Below, piece after piece: positions 1-13,200 of a stretch of DNA of 64,000 nucleotides (the first letter of the stretch is position 1; each line of letters starts with the position of its first letter). The translations under genes were made by a program, and so were the position numbers. The stretch comes from Octopus vulgaris. Taxonomy: Eukaryota. The stretch covers positions 46,438,001-46,502,000 of the forward strand of contig OX597825.1 in assembly GCA_951406725.2 (NCBI GenBank). The letters run 5' to 3'. The notes beneath the pieces are model-generated. The model searched no databases. It was given only the letters and a program-made list of their open reading frames with translations, and was not told the origin of the DNA.

Positions 1-2564
1 CACACCCTTTTCACCCTGGTCAGTGCGTCTGCCCTGTTTTTCTCCGAAGGCATGAAAACCACGTTCAGCTTCAGTCAAAACTTGGCAATCAATTCTCCTA
101 GAACTCCTAGACATCTCCGGGGCACCTTTCGTTCGAATTCTCCTTTCACCGGTGATCACCGATCCTACCCAGCCAAGCACAGTGGCTGAATCCATTCAGA
201 TTTTGATTGAGCGCAGCCCCCATTTCAGGGCCAAGTTCACCCCCTTCAGCACCATGTCTAATTCGGTGACATTGATGTGGTTAAAGTCATCTGCTTTCCG
301 AAACCAGGCTGCGTCCTCCACCTCGGTGCCTTCGATCTCCAACACAACCTCTATCGCTATACTGCTAGCATCACACCAGACAGTCCCGCATTCTGTCTTG
401 GGCACATATCAGTTCCCCCTGACCGGGTCTTCCGCTCTCGTCCTCTCTAAGATTTCCTGCATCATCGCCACTGTCCCTTCTGCCACCTTGTTGCCCTAAC
501 TCTCCCCCTCCGCTCATCTCTTGGTGTAATTGCACGCTGTGCATAGCCATCCAGCAATCAGGTAGTGACTGACCAACTTCCCTTACACCGAGAACAGCTC
601 TCTCCTGCTGATGCTGGAACTCAGCTCTGGGATTTCATTCCCTCTCCTGAACACCAACTCACCTGATCTATCTCTTCGCAGCTTCAGCCCCATTGCAGCT
701 CCCCCTTCTATTGAATCTGGTGACTTCGCAATCAGCCCGAACTTCTCCAGATGTCTCACTACCTTGTTGGCTGGCACTACAGTTTCATCCACGAAAATGT
801 CATCTATGTAGGAACTGGTGGCCTTTCTTATCTTGTCCTCTTTCCTTAGGATGGACTTAAGCACTGCCGCCATGATCTTTGGAGTGGAATTCAGTCCGAA
901 AACCAGCCTGTTAAACAGTACATCCGGCCCTTGTACCACACCTGCTGATATCGCCACAGTTTGTCACACACATGGAACTGCAAGTATGCCGATTTCAAGT
1001 CTACAATCGTCGCTGCCTTGATCGACTGTCTCCACACACATAACGACTCACCACAAACGTCCATCGCCTTGCCTCCCATGTGGCACAATATATGCTCGTT
1101 TAGCTCTCTAAAGTCCAGCACCGGTCTGACTTTTCCCTTCGTTAGCTGCACCTCTGCCATCAGCGGTAGCATTCTGCCCACTACCTCCTCCTCCCACAAG
1201 ACAAGGACTCTTTCTTTGACCCAACTCTCTACCTCATCTTCGAACTCGATCCTGGCGTGGCCTTTCCGGGTACGCTGGTAGCAGCTCACCCTGTTCTTCA
1301 GCATCGGGGTCTTGTCTTTCCATCGCCATTCTATCATGCACTGCTGACCATCAAACGCCGTCTGAAAATCCTTGCCCTCAATGGTGTAAGCAGTGCAGTC
1401 CCTTGAAGTCACGATGGTGGTTGTGCAACCCGTATACACAAGGGCATTAAATGTCTTCCCTCAGCCTCAACATCAATTAAGGGCAGCATCTCCAAAAGCA
1501 CCTCTACTCGTTTGCAGGGAAAGCTCAAGAGGCAGCAACTTCCCTACGGTCGTTTCCCTGGTCGCAATCATGGGCGATGTGCCCTGTTTTCTTGCATCGA
1601 TAGCAGACGGACCCCGGTTGTGTACACTCCCTCACCATGTGTGACCCCTACATTTAAAATACCAGCCTGAGAACAGCTGCTGTCGTTGTACAGTAAGCTT
1701 CTTCGCATCTTTCTCCGGCCGTCGGCCGTCTTTATGCACCTCTGTTACTGCCATCGCTATTGCCTTCCATCCAGTGTTTCACGTCAACACAAGGACTTAA
1801 GTCACAAGTTTGCTCAGTGCCATCTTTTTGCTTCTGGGCAATTGTTGCAGTTGAATCCCTATATTGTCAGGTAACCCACTTACGAACGCCAGTTGCACTG
1901 CTCTGTCCAGCCTTCTCTCGTTAACCCAGCCAGTGTGGCCAACCTACACACCTCCGCCATGTATACATCCACCTGCTCTCTCATCCATCTAATTATGCCC
2001 AGATTAACAAAGGCTGTATATTCACACTTGGTGTAAGCCTCTCTCAGACGTCGCTCAATCTTCTCTTTGTTCAGTCGTCCATCTTGAAATATAGAGTCAA
2101 CTCTCTTCCTTCCAAATATAGTGCCATAAGGCTCGCCACGTCGCTAATGCCTTGCAATCTCACCACAAGCCTGATTTTACGCATTCAGGCCACTACATCG
2201 CCCTCACCATTAAAGGGTCTGATAACATCACTGGTGATCCTGATTTTAGCTGCCATTGTGGTGTCATCTTATGTGGAGTGCCGAAATAGCTTGTGGTGTA
2301 TGCGGGAGATTGAAGTTAGACACCTACCTTCTCTTCGTCGACACAGACCTCTCCGGTGGTAACGCATCCTTCCACATGGACCGACCTGAATGCTAAAAAT
2401 AGCAGCTGCTTTTCCCTCACTTTGTTGAAGTGCTCACACATCCAGCACTGTCGGCTATCCCGATTGAAAAGGACCAATTGTCCACTGCCTGCGCACATGT
2501 CACTCCTGTGCCCTTCCTCTTCTGGTCAGCACCCAAGTTCCGGTCAGCTCCCCAGCTGCTAACA
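1..2564 (-). mobile_element. Degenerate Gypsy/Ty3-like LTR retrotransposon (5' LTR, gag, protease region, RT, RNase H), running off the window start
   Basis: Minus-strand fragments: gag start MAAKIRITSDVIRPF at 2256, RT motifs RPVLDFRELN, VDLKSAYLQ, FGLNS, YIDDIFV, and RNase H WCDASS...HINVTEL; many stops and frameshifts; putative LTR ~2292-2564 (TG...CA on minus). Confidence 0.85.
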
Positions 2565-2989
2565 TCATCCCACAATTCATAGCAGTCATAAAATTTTTCT
2601 TGGAAACAGAAAAGCAGATGACTTTAGTAGTGTAGTTGGTTGATGTCAGATGAAATTGTTGACTAAACATTACAACATTACATTGATCCAATTAAAATAC
2701 ATTTATTCCATCAAAACGTTGCTTATAAAATGTATAGTTGTCAAAGTGAAAGAATGAGATGGAGAAAAGGATGTGTGGACAAATCTACATTTGCAATCCT
2801 TAAAGTATTCAAAATATTACTGAAATAAACTACCTTAATGGGTGAAGACAGCCTTCTGTTTATAGCTCCCTAATTCAGTTGACTAAGACATCTCTCAGTT
2901 GAAAGTTTGGTAGAGGAAGCAAACAAATTGATATTATAGCAGCAGTGACTAATTGTCTCATTTGTCAGCAATCTGTTGGAAAAATATCA

Positions 2990-4180
2990 GCTAGCAGTAA
3001 TTTTTGGTGGTAATCGAAAGATATGGTTGGCCCGCTGATTTTGTGTGTGTGCAGTCAGTATTAAAGTGAAGTTCTGCCAATCATGGAAGAGCATCATCAA
3101 GGGCGATGGGACAAAAACATGATGGCAGACTACTGCTGGAACATTAAATGAGATTTCCCTGAGAAAGTCTACAAACACAACAGCTCCAAGTATAAATTCT
3201 TGCCTGAATAAGATCTGTTAGTGTTTTGTCTTCCATCCTAATCCGTTTCTCAACTATGTACACCTATCGTTTATATATGATACTAGCAGTATCACCCGGC
3301 GTTGCTCGGGTTTGTAAGGGAAATAACTATATAAGCATTTTTAGAGAGTTAGTTCCCTTATAGATGCCAATTCGGGTTTTCTTAGCCATTTCTGTTTTGG
3401 TGTCTTCAAGCCATGAAGTCGTTGTTCTAAAAGAACGCTGGTCTCCTTGACAACGCTTTACGACGTTGATTTCCTTACACTCCCTTCCCCACAGCTTCAC
3501 GAGGGAGGGAAGAAGGGGAGAAGCAAACAGGTGCAGGTGTGACCATGGACGCCAACTCCGCCGCCATCGACACACGAAAAATTATGCATTAAAATGGAAT
3601 AAAAAATGATGTTAAATTATTTTTTAAATCGTAGACTCATCATAGACGTGCGCTAATACTCAGACGGGCTTGATATGAATCACGACTATAAGATACCCGA
3701 ATTTGGTTAAACTGCACTGCAAAATGTGGGAGTAGTTAGGAATCTAAATCGAAGGGGACAGACACTCACACAACTACAGTTTTATATATATGATATATAT
3801 TTTCAACTGAAAAGCAGATGGCCAAAAAAACTAGCACATGATAACATTTATTTTACTCAGAATTCAAATAAGAAATATTATATTTATTGCCTAATTATTA
3901 TTGTGGTGTACTAACTCATAAATATGAATGAAGTTAGAATCTCAATGCATAGATATTTGTTCTTTTCCATCTAGTTTGAAGATAGCATAACTAGAAAATT
4001 ATGAGGTAGATTATATCATATCTTAAGAAATATTTGAAATTTGGAAAATATAAAAAACCTTAATTGCAAAAAATCTAGAGCTTACAGAAAAAAAAAACAT
4101 ATAATAAATTCAGCATACTCAAATTAGGTAATACCAATTGTTATTATCAATGAAAGAAAATATTTTGTTGGCTAGTGATA
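2990..4180 (+). mobile_element. Relic of a DNA-transposon transposase C-terminus and terminal region, interrupted by a Helitron-like insertion
   Basis: ~3080-3170 translates IMEEHHQGRWDKNMMADYCWNIK*D, resembling the recurrent transposon-derived motif ERYQGRWD..MMADYCW (recalled); superfamily not assigned; boundaries approximate. Confidence 0.45.
3283..3791 (-). mobile_element. Non-autonomous Helitron-like element
   Basis: Minus-strand 3' end CCCGAGCAACGCCGGG hairpin, short spacer, CTAG followed by T; 5' end ATATATAAAACTGTAGTTGTGTGAGTGTCTGTC. Confidence 0.65.
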
Positions 4181-5892
4181 ATCATTGGGAGCTATGTAGT
4201 GCATACAAATATGTTTGTATTCCTGTTCATTTAGTAAATTAAAAGTTCACTTCTACAGATTTCCAAGTGTAGTATAAAATAATAGAATAGAGAATGATTC
4301 ATTTTGAATTCTTAATTTATAATCTGTAATTTGCTTGCATGCACTTTAGAAAAGCTAGTGTTGCTTAGTACAATAATGTGCATTAATTCTGCACATGAAT
4401 CCATCCATATTTAATTGACTATGGTATTGTATACATCATGAATATCAACTGCAGCAAAGTCTTCTCAAAGCTATTCTCTACACATTTAATATCTTTGTTA
4501 CTCTTTACTTTTATATTTTGCATGTATCACTTGTTTTGAGTATCTTCAGTGAATAGCTTGTTAGTATGTCTCCTTTTATTTTTACTGATTTTACTTATAT
4601 TGGTGGCTGCCTGCATGTGAGAAGAATCTGTATACTATATTACATTAAATGTATTACAGTGTGGGATGATGTGGGTTTGTAAAACAACTGTCACTATTCT
4701 GCCTCCAGGAAACTTAATTTTTGTGTCCCAAAACTCAACACTAGCTTTATTATATTCTCATTTCTAGTTCTACAGAGCTTCACCTTACATTTGTCTCTTC
4801 AAGTAGTACTAGTAATTATGTAGTGGATACAATTAAATTCCCTCTGCTTTAATAAATTTGTGGCTTCATATCACTATAAGTAATTATCATTGTCACTAGT
4901 CTCTCCTCCTCCTTTTCGTCATCTTATTTCCTATTTTCATGTTGGCATGGCTTAGACAAATCATGCAAATCAGTTCTTATTCAAAGTTACTGTCCTTCTA
5001 GGACAAGTGAGAGGACCATGTTTCACTTGTACATTTTAATTTTGTCATGGTTTCAATGATCAGATACCTTTTCTAGCACCAACCACTTTACTGAATGTAC
5101 AAGTATATTTCATTGTGATACCAGTATCAGAGAAATTGTTGTGTCCTTGACAAGGCTAAAGGTTACTCTTGACTTCATGTCTGCTCATTCACCAACTACT
5201 TTACAAAGTGTCTTGGAAGGATTTTATAATGACACCACTTTTAGTGGGATTTGCCTTGTACCCTGTAAAATCAAAGATACCTAATCTTTCAGGGACATGT
5301 TCATTTACTCAGTTACATAGCTAGACAGAAAAATTAGGGTAAGTAGGTGAACAGAGCAAGAATGTGATAATAAAAACAGATTGGGTGGTAAAAGGGTAAG
5401 AGGGATTGATGAATAGTTATATATGAGGTAAATAAATGGAAAAGAGGGAATGAGGAGGGTCAATAATGAGTGGCAATGCAAGGAAGTGATGAGTGGAAGT
5501 ATAAGAGTAATGCTAGAGTGTATGGGTTGCATGTAGACGTGATGCAATCCCTTGTACATATACTTGATAATGGATGAGAAAGGTGTGGTGATATAATGAG
5601 AGAGGTTGAGTATTGGAGAGATGAGAAGATTGCAGAAATCCAGTGACACTGGAAGCATGTTGTAATGAGGTGCAGAGCGCATTAGCTGTACCAGTAACAT
5701 AATACAGTGAGAGATAAAAGAAGAGATGAGTGGCATAAGTGTTCAAGAGATGGATAATAGAATATCTAGTTTCATCAAAATTGTAAATATTGAATTATTT
5801 TCCCAAATATTTTTTATTGGTTTAATGTTGAATTACTCACAAAATATTACATCAGTCAATTTTATAGTGAATATGTTATTTTATTTTTACAG

Positions 5893-6026
5893 ATTCATTA
5901 ACTATGGATGGTGGGCAACCCGATCCCGAAGAGAAAAGCGTACAATTCAGGCTGTCATTTTTAGTTGTATAGTTCTGGTTGCCCTTATATTTTCATTGAC
6001 TGTTTCATATGAAGAATTAGATACAA
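5893..6026 (+). CDS. Host gene internal exon: cytoplasmic tail and signal-anchor TM of an M13 (neprilysin/ECE-like) peptidase
   Basis: Acceptor ttttacAG at 5891-5892, donor GTAAGT at 6027; peptide FINYGWWATRSRREKRTIQAVIFSCIVLVALIFSLTVSYEELDT (basic stretch then hydrophobic helix); ends phase 1, compatible with the exon at 44865. Confidence 0.75.
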
Positions 6027-6399
6027 GTAAGTTATGTTTCTGTTTTGCATTAAAAATGTGAATAAGTTTCAATTTACATGGAATTATTTTTGAGTCAATT
6101 TTTTATTGAGCAGGGCATTAAATTTGATTTCACACTTTTAATTGATAGTTTCAGAAGATAATAGTCATTATGAAAGTTCGAACTGTTATGAAACATGTAA
6201 ACAGGATGGCAATTGCATTAAATGTAATTATGAAGGAAATGTATCAAAATGTTTTGTATGAGGTATAGAAAAAAGGAAACAGGGGATAAAACAGGAAGAA
6301 GAAATATAACTGTGTAATATAATATTATGAATGAGCAGAGTTCAAAAGACGGAAAAAATTGGCATCAAGTATAAATCACACCAGAAATTTCTTGGTCCT

Positions 6400-6700
6400 A
6401 ATTTACTTGGAAATGCAGAGTAACTGTTGAAGTGCCATAAAGCAACTTTACAGAGAGAGCTAAAGACTTTAAAGAATGCATGGTAGTTGAGCATATCTTT
6501 ACATATTCAACTGGCCTTTGGCTCCAAAACAATGTACAACATATTAAAACAGATTTTTGTTCCCTGCCAATCAACTACTGCTCCTTTCTGTTTCAATGAT
6601 GGGCCCACTTTAATCAGTGATGCAGAAGATAATCTGAAGTGATGGATAGAGCATTTCACAGGTCTTCTTCTCAATCCATCTGCAATAGGAAGTCATCTGA
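6400..6700 (+). mobile_element. Old RTE-type LINE ORF fragment
   Basis: Translates LQRELKTLKNAW*...KTMYNILKQIF...DGPTLISDAEDNLK*WIEHFTGLL, like the EN-RT linker of RTE elements. Confidence 0.5.
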
Positions 6701-7295
6701 GAGTTTATAGCAGAAAAGTTAACCATTCTGCCACAAAAATATGTCTGCAATGAGAACGTGGTTGTTTGCAATCAATCTGAAACCTTCGACTGTTTTATGC
6801 ATATATTATTTTCTTGTTTAAGATTCTACTTTTATTTTGTTTTATTTCATTTTATTGTACTTTATAAATCCATTTTAATCATTTAATTTATAGATAATTT
6901 GATATAGGGTGTTCTATTCTGCATGTCTTTTATCCAAATTTTATTATCATGCACTCAGCAATTTTTAGAAAACTGTTGTTTGTATATATACATCAGGACC
7001 TAGATACATTTTTATGTGGATGTTTGTATTGTTGGCATGCATATGTATTCGTATGTATGCGTATATGTATATGTGTAAGTAAGCGTGTATGTTTATACTT
7101 GTGCACATACATGCATGGATGTATATGTATGCATGTATTCACTTATATTTGTGTGGATATGTATTAATGTGCATATTTCCATATATTTATATATGTTATC
7201 TTATATGTGTATTTATGCTAATATACACTTTTGCATACACATGTATATGTAATTTTATTTTTTGTACGTTCGTTACACATATTCAGCAATCTATC

Positions 7296-10200
7296 TTTCC
7301 CCCTCTTTTTTACATTGTCTGTCTGGACTCCTCTTCCTACTCCTCGACATGGCCATGCATACTTAAGCTAGTAACCTGCCTCACTCTTGATTCCGAACTC
7401 CTTTTGCCAAGTCTGTCCGTAAACGAAGTGATCCCAAGATAAGAAATCTTTGAACTTTAATTCATCCGTATCTCTATTTATTATTATTATTTATTAATTA
7501 TTATTATTCTGATCCCCCTAGTCGCCACTCTGTTTACTATTTCAGCCTCGCCTCGTTTTTGCATATTCTGTATAATTCACTAGTTATCGTTATAGATATT
7601 TAGGTTCTATCTCCCTTACAGGGCTGATTAGAAATTGGCTGCCGGTTCTTCGCGGGGTTTCTCTCCCCCTCTTTTTACATTGTCTGTCTGGACTCCTCTT
7701 CCTACTCCTCGATGGTAAATAATTTTGAGCCATAACTTCTAACAATTTTTATGGCGGAGAAATCCACCATTGTTTACAAACCAAACATGAGTTAAGTACC
7801 CTCCAAGCAATGGTGTAAAGAGAGGAAGGGAAAAGGAGAGAGAGAGAGGGAGAGAGAGAGTGATAAGAAATTTTTAAATTTCGTCTTTTTAGTGAGTGAT
7901 TGACAGGCAAAAACAGACAGACAGGTGTTGTTATGTATGTATGTATGTATGTATGTATGTATATATGTGTGAATGTCTTCAGTCACACACACACACGAGC
8001 ATGTATGCGTACAAAACACATGTATGCAATGTGTGTGTGTGTGTGTTGCCCGCATTTCATCCGTATCTCTATTTATTATTATTATTGCCGTTCTTCGGGG
8101 TTTCTCCTCTTTAATTGTCTGTCTTACTTCTTCTGATCCCCCATGGCCATGCATACTTGTAGTAACCTGCCTCACTCTTGATTCCGAACTCCTTTGCCAA
8201 GTCTGTCCGTAAACGAAGTGATCCCAAGATAAGAAATCTTTGAACTTTAATTCATCCGTATCTCTATTTATTATTATTATTTATTAATTATTATTATTCT
8301 GATCCCCCTAGTCGCCACTCTGTTTACTATTTCAGCCTCGCCTCGTTTTTGCATATTCTGTATAATTCACTAGTTATCGTTATAGATATTTAGGTTCTAT
8401 CTCCCTTACAGGGCTGATTAGAAATTGGCTGCCGGTTCTTCGCGGGGTTTTTCTCTCCCCCTCTTTTTACATTGTCTGTCTGGACTCCTCTTCCTACTCC
8501 TCGACATGGCCATGCATACTTAAGCTAGTAACCTGCCTCACTCTTGATTCCGAACTCCTTTGCCAAGTCTGTCCGTAAACGAAGTGATCCCAAGATAAGA
8601 AATCTTTGAACTTTAATTCATCCGTATCTCTATTTATTATTATTATTTATTAATTATTATTATTCTGATCCCCCTAGTCGCCACTCTGTTTACTATTTCA
8701 GCCTCGCCTCGTTTTTGCATATTCTGTATAATTCACTAGTTATCGTTATAGATATTTAGGTTCTATCTCCCTTACAGGGCTGATTAGAAATTGGCTGCCG
8801 GTTCTTCGCGGGGTTTTCTCTCCCCCTCTTTTTACATTGTCTGTCTGGACTCCTCTTCCTACTCCTCGACATGGCCATGCATACTTAAGCTAGTAACCTG
8901 CCTCACTCTTGATTCCGAACTCCTTTTGCCAAGTCTGTCCGTAAACGAAGTGATCCCAAGATAAGAAATCTTTGAACTTTAATTCATCCGTATCTCTATT
9001 TATTATTATTATTTATTAATTATTATTATTCTGATCCCCCTAGTCGCCACTCTGTTTACTATTTCAGCCTCGCCTCGTTTTTGCATATTCTGTATAATTC
9101 ACTAGTTATCGTTATAGATATTTAGGTTCTATCTCCCTTACAGGGCTGATTAGAAATTGGCTGCCGGTTCTTCGCGGGGTTTTTCTCTCCCCCTCTTTTT
9201 ACATTGTCTGTCTGGACTCCTCTTCCTACTCCTCGACATGGCCATGCATACTTAAGCTAGTAACCTGCCTCACTCTTGATTCCGAACTCCTTTTGCCAAG
9301 TCTGTCCGTAAACGAAGTGATCCCAAGATAAGAAATCTTTGAACTTTAATTCATCCGTATCTCTATTTATTATTATTATTTATTAATTATTATTATTCTG
9401 ATCCCCCTAGTCGCCACTCTGTTTACTATTTCAGCCTCGCCTCGTTTTTGCATATTCTGTATAATTCACTAGTTATCGTTATAGATATTTAGGTTCTATC
9501 TCCCTTACAGGGCTGATTAGAAATTGGCTGCCGGTTCTTCGCGGGGTTTTCTCTCCCCCTCTTTTTACATTGTCTGTCTGGACTCCTCTTCCTACTCCTC
9601 GACATGGCCATGCATACTTAAGCTAGTAACCTGCCTCACTCTTGATTCCGAACTCCTTTGCCAAGTCTGTCCGTAAACGAAGTGATCCCAAGATAAGAAA
9701 TCTTTGAACTTTAATTCATCCGTATCTCTATTTATTATTATTATTTATTAATTATTATTATTCTGATCCCCCTAGTCGCCACTCTGTTTACTATTTCAGC
9801 CTCGCCTCGTTTTTGCATATTCTGTATAATTCACTAGTTATCGTTATAGATATTTAGGTTCTATCTCCCTTACAGGGCTGATTAGAAATTGGCTGCCGGT
9901 TCTTCGCGGGGTTTTTCTCTCCCCCTCTTTTTACATTGTCTGTCTGGACTCCTCTTCCTACTCCTCGACATGGCCATGCATACTTAAGCTAGTAACCTGC
10001 CTCACTCTTGATTCCGAACTCCTTTGCCAAGTCTGTCCGTAAACGAAGTGATCCCAAGATAAGAAATCTTTGAACTTTAATTCATCCGTATCTCTATTTA
10101 TTATTATTATTTATTAATTATTATTATTCTGATCCCCCTAGTCGCCACTCTGTTTACTATTTCAGCCTCGCCTCGTTTTTGCATATTCTGTATAATTCAC

Positions 10201-13200
10201 TAGTTATCGTTATAGATATTTAGGTTCTATCTCCCTTACAGGGCTGATTAGAAATTGGCTGCCGGTTCTTCGCGGGTTTTTCTCTCCCCCTCTTTTTACA
10301 TTGTCTGTCTGGACTCCTCTTCCTACTCCTCGACATGGCCATGCATACTTAAGCTAGTAACCTGCCTCACTCTTGATTCCGAACTCCTTTGCCAAGTCTG
10401 TCCGTAAACGAAGTGATCCCAAGATAAGAAATCTTTGAACTTTAATTCATCCGTATCTCTATTTATTATTATTATTTATTAATTATTATTATTCTGATCC
10501 CCCTAGTCGCCACTCTGTTTACTATTTCAGCCTCGCCTCGTTTTTGCATATTCTGTATAATTCACTAGTTATCGTTATAGATATTTAGGTTCTATCTCCC
10601 TTACAGGGCTGATTAGAAATTGGCTGCCGGTTCTTCGCGGGGTTTTCTCTCCCCCTCTTTTTACATTGTCTGTCTGGACTCCTCTTCCTACTCCTCGACA
10701 TGGCCATGCATACTTAAGCTAGTAACCTGCCTCACTCTTGATTCCGAACTCCTTTGCCAAGTCTGTCCGTAAACGAAGTGATCCCAAGATAAGAAATCTT
10801 TGAACTTTAATTCATCCGTATCTCTATTTATTATTATTATTTATTAATTATTATTATTCTGATCCCCCTAGTCGCCACTCTGTTTACTATTTCAGCCTCG
10901 CCTCGTTTTTGCATATTCTGTATAATTCACTAGTTATCGTTATAGATATTTAGGTTCTATCTCCCTTACAGGGCTGATTAGAAATTGGCTGCCGGTTCTT
11001 CGCGGGGTTTTCTCTCCCCCTCTTTTTACATTGTCTGTCTGGACTCCTCTTCCTACTCCTCGACATGGCCATGCATACTTAAGCTAGTAACCTGCCTCAC
11101 TCTTGATTCCGAACTCCTTTTGCCAAGTCTGTCCGTAAACGAAGTGATCCCAAGATAAGAAATCTTTGAACTTTAATTCATCCGTATCTCTATTTATTAT
11201 TATTATTTATTAATTATTATTATTCTGATCCCCCTAGTCGCCACTCTGTTTACTATTTCAGCCTCGCCTCGTTTTTGCATATTCTGTATAATTCACTAGT
11301 TATCGTTATAGATATTTAGGTTCTATCTCCCTTACAGGGCTGATTAGAAATTGGCTGCCGGTTCTTCGCGGGGTTTTTCTCTCCCCCTCTTTTTACATTG
11401 TCTGTCTGGACTCCTCTTCCTACTCCTCGACATGGCCATGCATACTTAAGCTAGTAACCTGCCTCACTCTTGATTCCGAACTCCTTTTGCCAAGTCTGTC
11501 CGTAAACGAAGTGATCCCAAGATAAGAAATCTTTGAACTTTAATTCATCCGTATCTCTATTTATTATTATTATTATTTATTAATTATTATTATTCTGATC
11601 CCCCTAGTCGCCACTCTGTTTACTATTTCAGCCTCGCCTCGTTTTTGCATATTCTGTATAATTCACTAGTTATCGTTATAGATATTTAGGTTCTATCTCC
11701 CTTACAGGGCTGATTAGAAATTGGCTGCCGGTTCTTCGCGGGGTTTTTCTCTCCCCCTCTTTTTACATTGTCTGTCTGGACTCCTCTTCCTACTCCTCGA
11801 CATGGCCATGCATACTTAAGCTAGTAACCTGCCTCACTCTTGATTCCGAACTCCTTTGCCAAGTCTGTCCGTAAACGAAGTGATCCCAAGATAAGAAATC
11901 TTTGAACTTTAATTCATCCGTATCTCTATTTATTATTATTATTTATTAATTATTATTATTCTGATCCCCCTAGTCGCCACTCTGTTTACTATTTCAGCCT
12001 CGCCTCGTTTTTGCATATTCTGTATAATTCACTAGTTATCGTTATAGATATTTAGGTTCTATCTCCCTTACAGGGCTGATTAGAAATTGGCTGCCGGTTC
12101 TTCGCGGGGTTTTCTCTCCCCCTCTTTTTACATTGTCTGTCTGGACTCCTCTTCCTACTCCTCGACATGGCCATGCATACTTAAGCTAGTAACCTGCCTC
12201 ACTCTTGATTCCGAACTCCTTTGCCAAGTCTGTCCGTAAACGAAGTGATCCCAAGATAAGAAATCTTTGAACTTTAATTCATCCGTATCTCTATTTATTA
12301 TTATTATTTATTAATTATTATTATTCTGATCCCCCTAGTCGCCACTCTGTTTACTATTTCAGCCTCGCCTCGTTTTTGCATATTCTGTATAATTCACTAG
12401 TTATCGTTATAGATATTTAGGTTCTATCTCCCTTACAGGGCTGATTAGAAATTGGCTGCCGGTTCTTCGCGGGGTTTTTCTCTCCCCCTCTTTTTACATT
12501 GTCTGTCTGGACTCCTCTTCCTACTCCTCGACATGGCCATGCATACTTAAGCTAGTAACCTGCCTCACTCTTGATTCCGAACTCCTTTGCCAAGTCTGTC
12601 CGTAAACGAAGTGATCCCAAGATAAGAAATCTTTGAACTTTAATTCATCCGTATCTCTATTTATTATTATTATTTATTAATTATTATTATTCTGATCCCC
12701 CTAGTCGCCACTCTGTTTACTATTTCAGCCTCGCCTCGTTTTTGCATATTCTGTATAATTCACTAGTTATCGTTATAGATATTTAGGTTCTATCTCCCTT
12801 ACAGGGCTGATTAGAAATTGGCTGCCGGTTCTTCGCGGGGTTTTCTCTCCCCCTCTTTTTACATTGTCTGTCTGGACTCCTCTTCCTACTCCTCGACATG
12901 GCCATGCATACTTAAGCTAGTAACCTGCCTCACTCTTGATTCCGAACTCCTTTGCCAAGTCTGTCCGTAAACGAAGTGATCCCAAGATAAGAAATCTTTG
13001 AACTTTAATTCATCCGTATCTCTATTTATTATTATTATTTATTAATTATTATTATTCTGATCCCCCTAGTCGCCACTCTGTTTACTATTTCAGCCTCGCC
13101 TCGTTTTTGCATATTCTGTATAATTCACTAGTTATCGTTATAGATATTTAGGTTCTATCTCCCTTACAGGGCTGATTAGAAATTGGCTGCCGGTTCTTCG

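Noticed and set aside
5726-5892. N-terminal part of the 111-aa ORF
   Set aside because: Intronic AT-rich sequence upstream of the acceptor at 5891-5892
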